This document shows positions 29,983-38,592 of a DNA stretch of 64,000 nt, piece after piece. Within the stretch, counting starts at the first letter, position 1; every line of letters begins with the position of its first letter. The DNA is from Clostridiales bacterium UBA1206 (GTDB lineage Bacteria > Bacillota > Clostridia > Oscillospirales > CAG-382), in assembly GCA_002310055.1 (NCBI GenBank), contig DBXS01000031.1, forward strand, positions 93,572-157,571. The letters run 5' to 3'. The notes beneath the pieces are model-generated. The model saw nothing but the letters and a program-made list of their open reading frames with translations. It was not told where the DNA came from and searched no databases. The position numbers were made by a program, and so were the translations under genes.

Positions 29983-31023
29983 TCAGCCGTTGTCTTCCGC
30001 GCGGAATTTGCGTTCCTCGGCGTCGTTGCAGAGCACGAAATGACCGGGACGGATCTCGCGGAAGGTGGGCTGCTGCTCGGAATAATCGTGTTCGAGCGCG
30101 CTTTCGTAAATTATACGCTTACGCTGTTTTTCGTAATTGGGGTCGGGCAGCGGGATCGCCGAAAGCAGCGCGCGGGTATACGGATGGAACGGGTGAGCGA
30201 ACAGCTCTTCGGTCTCGGCAAGTTCGACCATACGGCCGTAATACATAACGGCTATGCGGTCCGAGAAATACTTGACGACCGAAAGGTCGTGCGCTATGAA
30301 CATTATGGTGAGCCCCATCTTGTTGCGCAGCTCGTTGAGCAGGTTGATGACCTGCGCCTGGATCGAAACGTCGAGCGCGGAGATAGGCTCGTCGGCGATG
30401 ATGAGGTCGGGGTTGAGCACCATTGCGCGCGCTATACCGACGCGCTGGCGCTGGCCGCCCGAAAACTCGTGCTGATAACGTTCGGCGTGCTCGGGCAGAA
30501 GGCCGACCATATCGAGCACCTCTTTGACGCGGCGGTCGATGACCTCTTTGTCCTTTTCGCCGGCGATTATGAGCCCTTCGGCTATAATCTCGCGGATGGT
30601 CATACGGGGGTTGAGGCAGGCGGAGGGATCCTGGAATATCATCTGCATACCGGTCATCACTTTGGCTTTTTTGGCCTTTTTGACGTCGATCTTCGCCTGT
30701 TTGATATCCTTTGCGAGCGCTTCCGCCTCAGCGGTCTTGCCTTCTTTTTTAAGCTTTTTTAACTGCTTTTTCTTATCCTTGATACCGCTGCTTATGCGAT
30801 ATCCCTTGAAATATACGTCGCCGCCGGTGATATCGTAAAGTTTGATGATATCGCGGCCCGTGGTGGTCTTGCCGCAGCCGGATTCGCCGACCATGCCGAA
30901 GACCTCGCCGCGTTTGATGTCGAACGAGATATCGTCCACGGCCTTGACGGTGGCGCCGATGCCTAATTTGAAATACTGTTTAAGATGTTCTACCCGGAGG
31001 AGCACTTCTCTTTCTTCAGCCAT
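29983..31023 (-). CDS. Opp/Dpp-type ABC importer ATP-binding protein (OppF-like) with a Lys-rich insertion
   Basis: 346 aa with Walker A 'GESGCGKTT', Q-loop 'MIFQDPSACLNP', signature 'FSGGQRQRV' and Walker B 'LIIADEPISALD'. An extra 'KDKKKQLKKLKKEGKTAEAEALAKDIKQAKIDVKKAKKAK' precedes the Q-loop. Confidence 0.9.
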   Translation of the reverse strand: MAEEREVLLRVEHLKQYFKLGIGATVKAVDDISFDIKRGEVFGMVGESGCGKTTTGRDIIKLYDITGGDVYFKGYRISSGIKDKKKQLKKLKKEGKTAEAEALAKDIKQAKIDVKKAKKAKVMTGMQMIFQDPSACLNPRMTIREIIAEGLIIAGEKDKEVIDRRVKEVLDMVGLLPEHAERYQHEFSGGQRQRVGIARAMVLNPDLIIADEPISALDVSIQAQVINLLNELRNKMGLTIMFIAHDLSVVKYFSDRIAVMYYGRMVELAETEELFAHPFHPYTRALLSAIPLPDPNYEKQRKRIIYESALEHDYSEQQPTFREIRPGHFVLCNDAEERKFRAEDNG

Positions 31024-33154
31024 TGTTCACGCCTCCGTTTCTTTGCATTCTTTCTATACGGTCGAGTATGATCTTTGGAGGTTCGACCTTGGGAGCGTCC
31101 GGATGGAGCAGCCAGGTCGCCGCCTTATGCGTAGGACTGATGTCGAAGAAAGGCGGCATCTCTTCAAAGTCGATCTTCAGCGCGTATTTGTTGCGCACCG
31201 CAAAGGCGTCGCCTTTGGGCGGGAACAGCATATCCGGCGGGGTGCCGGGTATGGCTTCGAGCTTATCCTTGGTGTCGAGGTCGGGCATAGAGGAAAGCAG
31301 CGCCCAGGTATACGGATGCGCGGGAGAATAGAAGACGTCTTCCGACGTGCCGTATTCGACGATCTTGCCGGCGTACATGACCGCGATCCTGTCAGCGACG
31401 TTAGCGACGACGCCGAGGTCGTGGGTGATGAATATGACGGTGAGCTGTCTTTCGCGCTTGAGTTCGTTGATGAGCTCGAGTATCTGCGCCTGGATGGTAA
31501 CGTCGAGCGCCGTGGTGGGCTCGTCGCAGATGAGGATGTCGGGGTTGGCCGAAAGCGCTATGGCGATGACCACGCGCTGGCGCATACCGCCGGAGAACTG
31601 GAAGGGATACTGTTTGTATCTCTTGCGCGGCTCGGGGATGCCGACTTCTTCCATAAGGTTTATCGCCCTGTCCTTAGCCATCGTTTTGGTGACTTTATAG
31701 ACCATCTTGGACGCTTTGTCTTTGATATAGTCGATTATCTCGATGCCGTAGTTCGAAAAATCTGCGGTGGCGGCTTTTTCGATCTGGTTATTATAATTCT
31801 CTACGACTTTATCGATGGTGAGCTCTATGTTGTGCTGATAAAGCTCCATATTGATATTGTCGGCAAACTGGCGCTGTTTCTTGGGGATATGCCTGCCTGC
31901 GGCCTTGCGCTTTTCGAGCTTCTGCGCGCGGACGTACGTATCCATAGCGGCGCCGAAGGTGGTGCGGAAGGTGTAAGCGTAGCTGTCCTTGTCGATATCG
32001 AGGCGGTCGATGCCGCTTTCGACGGAATCGGAAAGCGTTTCCACGAGCTTGTTATACGCTTTTTCGTCGCGGGCGGGGTCGTACACGTTTTCGGAAAGGT
32101 ACTTGCGGGCGGCTTCGAGTTCAGCCACGGCTTTCTTCTTGTTTTCGATAGAAACGTCGAACGAATACTTGACGCCGGCGCGCACGCCCTTTAAGAAATC
32201 GAGCATGAATTCGTCATCCAGCACCTGACGCGTCCTTGCGTTGAGAGCCGCAATATCGGAATAATCCTGCGCGGTCTCGGGATGTGCGTAAATGCTGTAG
32301 CCGAGCGTGAAGAAGTTGGGCTTTTCGCGCTCGCAGGCGGCGCTTAGTCTGGACGAAAGCTCGTTGAGCTTGCCTTTGATGACTTCCTTGTCGCCGCCGG
32401 AAACGTAGACGGCTTTTTCGGCTTTTATGTAAGCCAGAAGCGCCTTGTATTCTTCGTCGGACTCGCGGATGAGGAATTCGTCATAAACTTTGTCCGCCGG
32501 TTTGAGCATTTGATCGATAAGCTTGCCCACGGCCTTGGGAGGCTGGTTTATGAGCTGTATAAGGATGTGCCTGATATTGTTGATGGTGTTCTGCGCGTGG
32601 TCGTAAGCCGCGTTGTAACGCGCCTCGAGCTCGTTGCCGGAACCGACGAAACCGGTGAGGATCTTGATGTCGGCGGAGGTCTTTTCGGGAGCGGAAGCGC
32701 CCTCGTAGCCGTGCTCGTACGCGCCGTTCATAGCGGTCTCCAGGACCTTGAGCTTATCTTCGAAATCGACTTTGGATTCACGCTGGTTGGCTTTGCCGTT
32801 GAGGATCATCGCCTCGGTCAGCTGTTTGCCCACCTTGATGATGGGGTTAAGGCTCGAAAGCGTGTCCTGGAATATCATAGAGATCTTGTTGCCGCGGATA
32901 TGGTGGAAATCGTCCTCGGATATCTTGAGGAGGTCCATACCCGAATAGAGGATCTCGCCGCCTTCGACGATGGCGTTGCCGGCGAGTATGCCCATAACGG
33001 CGCGCATAGAGACCGATTTGCCCGATCCGGATTCGCCGACTATGGCGAGCGTTTCGCCCTTTTCGATATCGAACGAGACGTCGCGCACGGCCTTGACTGT
33101 GCCGTTGTTGGTCTTGAAGGAAATGATTAAGTTTTTAACAGAAAGTATAGCCAT
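31016..33154 (-). CDS. Opp/Dpp-type ABC importer ATP-binding protein (OppD-like) with an insertion of about 365 aa in the NBD
   Basis: 712 aa with Walker A 'GESGSGKS' (aa 41-47), Q-loop 'MIFQD' (aa 93-97), signature 'FSGGMRQRV' (aa 520-528), Walker B 'ILICDEPTTALD' and a C-terminal oligo_HPY region. The Q-loop-to-signature distance is about 425 aa. Confidence 0.9.
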   Translation of the reverse strand: MAILSVKNLIISFKTNNGTVKAVRDVSFDIEKGETLAIVGESGSGKSVSMRAVMGILAGNAIVEGGEILYSGMDLLKISEDDFHHIRGNKISMIFQDTLSSLNPIIKVGKQLTEAMILNGKANQRESKVDFEDKLKVLETAMNGAYEHGYEGASAPEKTSADIKILTGFVGSGNELEARYNAAYDHAQNTINNIRHILIQLINQPPKAVGKLIDQMLKPADKVYDEFLIRESDEEYKALLAYIKAEKAVYVSGGDKEVIKGKLNELSSRLSAACEREKPNFFTLGYSIYAHPETAQDYSDIAALNARTRQVLDDEFMLDFLKGVRAGVKYSFDVSIENKKKAVAELEAARKYLSENVYDPARDEKAYNKLVETLSDSVESGIDRLDIDKDSYAYTFRTTFGAAMDTYVRAQKLEKRKAAGRHIPKKQRQFADNINMELYQHNIELTIDKVVENYNNQIEKAATADFSNYGIEIIDYIKDKASKMVYKVTKTMAKDRAINLMEEVGIPEPRKRYKQYPFQFSGGMRQRVVIAIALSANPDILICDEPTTALDVTIQAQILELINELKRERQLTVIFITHDLGVVANVADRIAVMYAGKIVEYGTSEDVFYSPAHPYTWALLSSMPDLDTKDKLEAIPGTPPDMLFPPKGDAFAVRNKYALKIDFEEMPPFFDISPTHKAATWLLHPDAPKVEPPKIILDRIERMQRNGGVNNG

Positions 33155-33157
33155 GAT

Positions 33158-34690
33158 TTATTCCTCCGTTCCTCTGAGCGACGGGTTGAAGGCGTCGCGC
33201 AGACCGTTACCGAACAGGTTGAATGAGATCATCAGCAGAGAGATGACCATAGCGGGGAAGAATATAACATGAGGATCGGTGGAAAGGTATTTCTGCCCGT
33301 TGGAAAGCAGGGTGCCGATACTGGTCATATCCTTGCTCTGGAAGTTGACTATGCCGAGGAACGAGAGCATGGATTCCGAGAAGATGACGCTGGGTATAAC
33401 GAGCACGGATGAAGTGATTATAGTGCCCAGAGAGTTGGGGAAAATATGTTTCCACATTATTCTCATATCGCTGGCGCCGAGCGTGCGCGCGGCGAGGACG
33501 TATTCCTGATTCTTAAAGCGATAGAACTGCGTTCTTACGCGGTACGCCGTGCCGATCCAGCCCGTGAGCACGAACGCGAACAGCAGGCCCGTGAACGCCG
33601 ACACCTTGCCTGTCTGCACGAAGTGCTGCTGGAAGAGCGTGGCGACGATGATGAACGGGACGTCGGCGAGAATATCGGTGATACGTTCCATGATCATATC
33701 GGTGACGCCGCCGTAGTAACCTTCGATGGCGCCGTAGAAAGCGCCGATGGTGAGGTTGATGATGGAGACGCCGAACGCGAGGAGCAGAGAGATGCGGGCG
33801 CCGGATGCGAGGCGGATGAAAATATCGTAGCCCTGACCGTCGGTCCCGAAGATGTGGGTGGGTCTGCTTCCCTCGTGCAGATAACGGTAATAATTGTAAT
33901 ACAGCACGCGGACGGAGATCATAGTTTTGTCTTTGTTGACGTAGTAAACGACGTTGCCTTCCGCGTCGCGCTTATAGTTGTCGGCGTATCCGTTGGCCTG
34001 CAGGTATTCGAGAGTCGCGCGGTTGCCGTCTTTGGTGAGCGGGACCTTGCCCATACTCTTGTACCAGCAGTTGGCGTCGTCGGAATCCATACAGAATTCG
34101 CTGTCGTAATCGATCATAGGATAAATGACACGGATGCCGCTGGTGTTTTCCCAGTCGCGTATCGCGTTGTATTCATCCATAGTGATGGTCTGATAGCTGA
34201 AACCGACGCGCATAACGGTGTCAACGTCGCAATAGGTGTAGTGCGTGCCGGATTCCATAAGGGAATCCTTGGTGTTGACTATGCAGGCGTATTCTGAATC
34301 CACCGCCTGCTGCCAGGCGACGTTGCCCGATCCGTCGGGATCTTCGGCGCCGTAGCCGATACCGTAAAGGAGCGCGAGATAGTTGTCGTTCAAGCGCATC
34401 TCTTTGTCGCCGTTCCAGAAAGGAAGGTCAAGTCCCAGGTCGGGGCGGCAGAGCGCGTAGTTGGCGTCGCAGTCGCTGACCGCGTAGGACGAGAAGACAG
34501 GTCCGAACACGGCGAAAAGGATGATGATAAGTATGATTATGGCGGCTACGATGGAGCCTTTGTTCTTTTTGAAGCGGAGCCAGGCGTCTTTTAAGAAACC
34601 GATGGGCTTGGTTTCGAACTTCTGGTCATGCAGCTGCAGTTCGCCTTCGACGAACTGGAGCTTTTCTTTGGAAATGTTCCTGATGTCCAT
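33158..34690 (-). CDS. Opp/Dpp-type ABC importer permease (OppC-like) with a large extracytoplasmic loop
   Basis: 510 aa. TM1 'IVAAIIILIIILFAVFGPVF' is followed by a hydrophilic Cys/Tyr/Asp-rich segment of about 215 aa. After that come the conserved 'HIFGTDGQGYDIF' and the BPD_transp_1 core. Confidence 0.9.
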   Translation of the reverse strand: MDIRNISKEKLQFVEGELQLHDQKFETKPIGFLKDAWLRFKKNKGSIVAAIIILIIILFAVFGPVFSSYAVSDCDANYALCRPDLGLDLPFWNGDKEMRLNDNYLALLYGIGYGAEDPDGSGNVAWQQAVDSEYACIVNTKDSLMESGTHYTYCDVDTVMRVGFSYQTITMDEYNAIRDWENTSGIRVIYPMIDYDSEFCMDSDDANCWYKSMGKVPLTKDGNRATLEYLQANGYADNYKRDAEGNVVYYVNKDKTMISVRVLYYNYYRYLHEGSRPTHIFGTDGQGYDIFIRLASGARISLLLAFGVSIINLTIGAFYGAIEGYYGGVTDMIMERITDILADVPFIIVATLFQQHFVQTGKVSAFTGLLFAFVLTGWIGTAYRVRTQFYRFKNQEYVLAARTLGASDMRIMWKHIFPNSLGTIITSSVLVIPSVIFSESMLSFLGIVNFQSKDMTSIGTLLSNGQKYLSTDPHVIFFPAMVISLLMISFNLFGNGLRDAFNPSLRGTEE

Positions 34691-34708
34691 TATTCCTGTC
34701 TCCTTTCT

Positions 34709-35677
34709 TTATCTTTCGCCCATGCGGATACGCGGGTCAAGGAAGCCGTAGCTCAGGTCTATGAGGATGTTCGCGGCAAGCCCTATTACCGTATAGAACA
34801 TACTCGAAGCCATAAAGACGTCGTAGTCTTTGAGGTTTATACTCTTGAGGAACAGCGCGCCGATGCCGGGTACGCCGAAGATCTGCTCGATGATGATCGA
34901 GCCGCCGATAACGCCGACGAACATAGAAATGATACCCGGCAAAATAGGCACCATTGCGTTTTTGAGGGCGTGGCGCACCGTCGCCTGCGAACGGGTGAGA
35001 CCCTTAGTGCGGGCGAGCAGCATATAATCGCTGGAAAGCTGTTCGGTAAGTTCGGCGCGGGTAAAGCGGGCGAGCCCCGCGATATCGCCGAACGAAAGCG
35101 AAAGCACGGGCAGGACCATAGAATGGAACATAGTCCACGAGAACCACGAGTTACCCGCGTCGTAAAGCGACGAGGTAACCAGCGGGAACCATCCGGCCTT
35201 GAACCCCAGTATGTACTGCACCAGGAACGCGTAGACGTAGCTGGGCACCGAAATAAACAGCATTATCATTACGGATATCAGCTGATCCTGCCATTTGTTC
35301 TTTTTTATAGCGGCAAAAATGCCGAGCAAGATGCCCACCGGTACCGAAAACAGCAGCGAATAAACGTTTATGAGCATCGTGGGCGGCAGACGCGAGGTGA
35401 TGACGTCGCCTACGTCAGCCATATAGTCGATCTTCCACGAAGTGCCCCAGTCCCATTTGGTGAGGATGTTCTTCGTGTAGATCCAAAGTTGCTCCATAAT
35501 GGGTTTGTTATACCCGAGCGCTTCGCGGCGTGCTTCCTCGATACGCGCCGCGTTGCCCTGCCCGATCGACTTTTCCACAGGCAGGAGCTTTATAAGCACG
35601 AACGACATAACGAATATGACGATGAGCGTCAGTATCATCGCGCCTAATCTTTTGAGTATGTAAATGAATTTTGCCAT
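34709..35677 (-). CDS. Opp/Dpp-type ABC importer permease (OppB-like)
   Basis: 322 aa. It has the 'YILKRLGAMILTLIVIFVMSFVLI' N-terminus and the EAA-like 'DYMLLARTKGLTRSQATVRHALKNA' loop. Confidence 0.9.
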   Translation of the reverse strand: MAKFIYILKRLGAMILTLIVIFVMSFVLIKLLPVEKSIGQGNAARIEEARREALGYNKPIMEQLWIYTKNILTKWDWGTSWKIDYMADVGDVITSRLPPTMLINVYSLLFSVPVGILLGIFAAIKKNKWQDQLISVMIMLFISVPSYVYAFLVQYILGFKAGWFPLVTSSLYDAGNSWFSWTMFHSMVLPVLSLSFGDIAGLARFTRAELTEQLSSDYMLLARTKGLTRSQATVRHALKNAMVPILPGIISMFVGVIGGSIIIEQIFGVPGIGALFLKSINLKDYDVFMASSMFYTVIGLAANILIDLSYGFLDPRIRMGER

Positions 35678-35805
35678 CTTTCAATCTCCCGAGCATATAT
35701 CGTTTATCGACCCGTGAAAGCCGCTTTCGCGGCCCGGTAAACAACATATGCTTTTGGTTATTATAGAATAAAACGGGAAAACCGAAGTTTCCCATAAAAT
35801 GCCTT

Positions 35806-35837
35806 GCGCAAGCGCGGTCAGAAGACCGCGCTTGCGT
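35806..35837 (-). terminator. intercistronic hairpin/attenuating terminator between the SBP gene and the permease genes
   Basis: A 13-bp GC-rich stem (cgcaagcgcggtc / gaccgcgcttgcg) with a 4-nt loop. On the - strand it is followed by aaggcatttta. It lies in the 224-nt gap after the SBP stop. Confidence 0.5.
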
Positions 35838-35901
35838 CAAGATGATTCAATTCAATTCACCGCGAATAAGCGGTAAAAGGCAATACCGTTAATTACCGGT
35901 A

Positions 35902-38373
35902 TCAGTTGTAGGAAAGGGTACCGCCCTGTTCTGCAACGTATGCAGCCCAAGCTTCGTCATCATAGTTGTAGGTCATAAGACGGAGTCCGCCGTAGCCGTA
36001 CATAATGTTGTAGTTGAGGGTAGCATACTTGATCTTCTTGGAGAAGAGGGTAGCAGCGGTCTCGGCAGCGAAGGGGATGCACTGATATGCATTGAGCACT
36101 TCGTATTCGAGAGCGGAAAGAACAGCGAGTTTCGCCTTGGGGTTGGTGAAAGCTCTTTCCTTGACGGTTTCATCATCGTTGTAGATGTTGCCGTTGAGGA
36201 GCTTAGCCCAATCCTGGAGCGTTTTTTCCATAGTGACTTCGCCTTCGCCGTAGAAATCAGCGGTGATGGTGCATTTGACAACAGCGGGGTTCCAGCCGCA
36301 GGATTCGTGGATCTTTGCGATACCGCCCATATAATCGGGTTCGGTGTAGCAGCGGATGGAGGAGAACGGATAGAAAGCAGCACCGCCCCATGCGCCGCGG
36401 ATCATTTCGACCTTACCTGCAGCAACGTCGTCGTAACGTTTTGCAGCGCCGCAGCTGAATTTGAATTCGATCTTGCCTTCGAGCGGAGTGCCGACGGTAG
36501 CAGCAGCGCAGTACTGGTTGAGCAGTTCCTGCTGCTTGGTGTCGTCTTCGTCGAGGGTGGTGGCGGCGGAGCACATGCAGTTGATGACGATCTTCTGGCC
36601 GTCGGTGTAGTTGCCGTCAGCTTTGGCGGCTTCGTAAGCGGCGGTGAAGAGTCTCTTGGCTTCTTCTACGTCGTAACCGGTGACAGCGTTGTAAGCTTCT
36701 TCAGCGGTAGCGTAGGTCTTGCCTTCGCCGTATTCGATACCGTACAGACGGAGGACCGCGTTGCGGGCTTCGTCGGTGTTACGATAGATGGATTCGGTAT
36801 CGTTGGCTATGTTGTAGTAGTACAGATAGTTGTACAGATAGTAAGCGGGTTTGTAAGCCGGAGTTGCCTGTTTGGCAAAGTCGGTCCTGTTGATGGCGAG
36901 AGAAATGGCCTTACGGAAATCTCTGTAGGAAAGGATGCGTTTGTTGATAGAGGTGTCGCCCTGTTCAAGAGCGGTCAAAGCGTTGATATCCGTAGCGAAA
37001 ACGTAACGGAAGGTGTAGGTTTGATCGGTCTTGAGGAGGTAGTCGGACATCTTGTAGGTGGGCATATCGGTGGAGATGAGGTCCACGCTGTCGAGTTCGC
37101 CCTTGAGGAAGAGCTGGATCGCGGTGGTGTGGTCAGCGATGACCTGGCATTTGATGCAGGTGGTCTGATACTGACCTTCGTGTTTGCCGTCGGTCCAACC
37201 GTACCACTGATCGTTCTTTTCCATAACGAAGAGTTTGTCTTTTTCGAAGCTGGTGAGCTTGTAGGGGCCGAACGAGCAATAAGTATCAACGGAAGTACCG
37301 TAGTTGGTGGTGACAAGGTCTTTTTCCTGTTTCTTGCCGGCGTCGTAGATATCGGTCTTGACGAGCCAGTTGCTGGTGAGGTGAACGAGGAAGTTGAACA
37401 TGTCGCAAGGATCCTGGCAGATGTAGGTGAGTTCATAGTCGCCGGACTTGTAGATACCTACGTTGGCGAAATCGAACGCATCGCTGAACGTGCCGGTGTT
37501 GTAGAACATCATCTCTTTGCCGTACATTTCGATCTGAGCGGGATCGGTAATACTGAAGAGAGCGAGGATCTGAGCAATGAGGCCGTCGACAAGCTCTTTG
37601 TTGTCGGCGTTGATCTCAACGTAGCCGAGGTAGTTGGCCTGGGACTTGAGTTCGCTGAAAGCAGCAAGGCCCTGGAAGCCGCCTTCTACGTTCTTGATCA
37701 TACCGTAGGTATCCTGCAGCGAGTTGATGCTCTCGGAATAGAGAGTCATATTGGTGGCGCCGAAGTTGAGATACACGGTGTTGGCTTCGGTATCGAACGA
37801 ATAGTCGCCTTGTTCACCCTCGCCGTAAGGCGGTACGATAGGTGCGTAGACAGGGAGTCCCGAGTTGAAATACTTGTTGGCGTTTCTTATGGAAGCGTCG
37901 CCGGAAGTATAGGTGTTGGAACGGTAGTTCTGCATCTTCGGGTCAAGCAGACGCTGGATGGATTCGATGTAGCTGTCTGCGTTGATGGGGGTGCCGTCCT
38001 GCCATTTTGCATCGGGGTTAAGAGTGATCTTGTAAACGTACTCTTTGTCGGCGTCAGCGGGGATAAGCCATTTTTCTTTGTCGGCAAAATCCTTGGTTAT
38101 GTCGTCGACAGCGGTAGCCATTTCGTAGACCCATTCGAAGTTGACGCCGTCGGCGGCGATGGTGACGTCGACGAAGCCCATTTCGCAGTAGCCGGCGAAA
38201 TAGTTGTCAGCGTTAGTCTCCCAGGAATGCGGGTTCCAGTTGAGAGGACTTGCGCCGAGGAATTCATTCAGCGTATAGGACTTGTTGGAGTCTGAACCGC
38301 TGCAGGCGCCGAGGAGCGCGGCAGAGAAAACAAACAACACAGCCAGTACGCCGGCGAGAATTTTCTTTTTCAT
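35902..38373 (-). CDS. ABC transporter substrate-binding lipoprotein, family 5 (OppA-like), unusually long
   Basis: 823 aa with signal/lipobox 'AVLFVFSAALLGAC'. SBP_bac_5-like blocks are present ('ITLNPDAKWQDGTPINADSY', 'WLVKTDIYD'). It sits upstream of the four other opp-like genes on the same strand. Confidence 0.85.
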   Translation of the reverse strand: MKKKILAGVLAVLFVFSAALLGACSGSDSNKSYTLNEFLGASPLNWNPHSWETNADNYFAGYCEMGFVDVTIAADGVNFEWVYEMATAVDDITKDFADKEKWLIPADADKEYVYKITLNPDAKWQDGTPINADSYIESIQRLLDPKMQNYRSNTYTSGDASIRNANKYFNSGLPVYAPIVPPYGEGEQGDYSFDTEANTVYLNFGATNMTLYSESINSLQDTYGMIKNVEGGFQGLAAFSELKSQANYLGYVEINADNKELVDGLIAQILALFSITDPAQIEMYGKEMMFYNTGTFSDAFDFANVGIYKSGDYELTYICQDPCDMFNFLVHLTSNWLVKTDIYDAGKKQEKDLVTTNYGTSVDTYCSFGPYKLTSFEKDKLFVMEKNDQWYGWTDGKHEGQYQTTCIKCQVIADHTTAIQLFLKGELDSVDLISTDMPTYKMSDYLLKTDQTYTFRYVFATDINALTALEQGDTSINKRILSYRDFRKAISLAINRTDFAKQATPAYKPAYYLYNYLYYYNIANDTESIYRNTDEARNAVLRLYGIEYGEGKTYATAEEAYNAVTGYDVEEAKRLFTAAYEAAKADGNYTDGQKIVINCMCSAATTLDEDDTKQQELLNQYCAAATVGTPLEGKIEFKFSCGAAKRYDDVAAGKVEMIRGAWGGAAFYPFSSIRCYTEPDYMGGIAKIHESCGWNPAVVKCTITADFYGEGEVTMEKTLQDWAKLLNGNIYNDDETVKERAFTNPKAKLAVLSALEYEVLNAYQCIPFAAETAATLFSKKIKYATLNYNIMYGYGGLRLMTYNYDDEAWAAYVAEQGGTLSYN

Positions 38374-38453
38374 TTTGTTCCTCCTATGAAAAGAAATGTT
38401 TTTTTGTCTTACCGATTTAATTTTTCAGGCAAAATTAAATTAGTTTACACTGT

Positions 38454-38481
38454 ATTATATCACAATTTTTTCATATGTCAA
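38454..38481 (-). promoter_or_regulatory. consensus sigma-70 promoter for the opp-like operon
   Basis: On the - strand: TTGACA (38481-38476), a 16-nt spacer, then TATAAT (38459-38454). This is about 80 nt upstream of the SBP start codon, in an AT-rich gap. Confidence 0.65.
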
Positions 38482-38543
38482 GAAAAAATTTGTTTGTATT
38501 TTCATTTTTATGTACTTTCGGGTGCGTTCGCGGCGTAAAAAAT

Positions 38544-38578
38544 GCGCGATTATGCAAAAATGCTGTGCATAATCGCGC
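38544..38578 (-). terminator. intrinsic terminator after the 38593-39438 gene
   Basis: A 13-bp stem gcgcgattatgca / tgcataatcgcgc, followed on the - strand by attttttac. Confidence 0.75.
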
Positions 38579-38592
38579 GTTTATACATTTTT

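Noticed and set aside
29227-32194. Two long plus-strand ORFs (511 aa and 450 aa)
   Set aside because: They are antisense to the OppF-like and OppD-like genes, whose Walker, signature and Q-loop motifs fix the true strand.
36307-38295. 662-aa ORF on the plus strand
   Set aside because: It is antisense to the 823-aa SBP gene. The product is Val/Gly/Asp/Ala-rich repetitive sequence with no start context.
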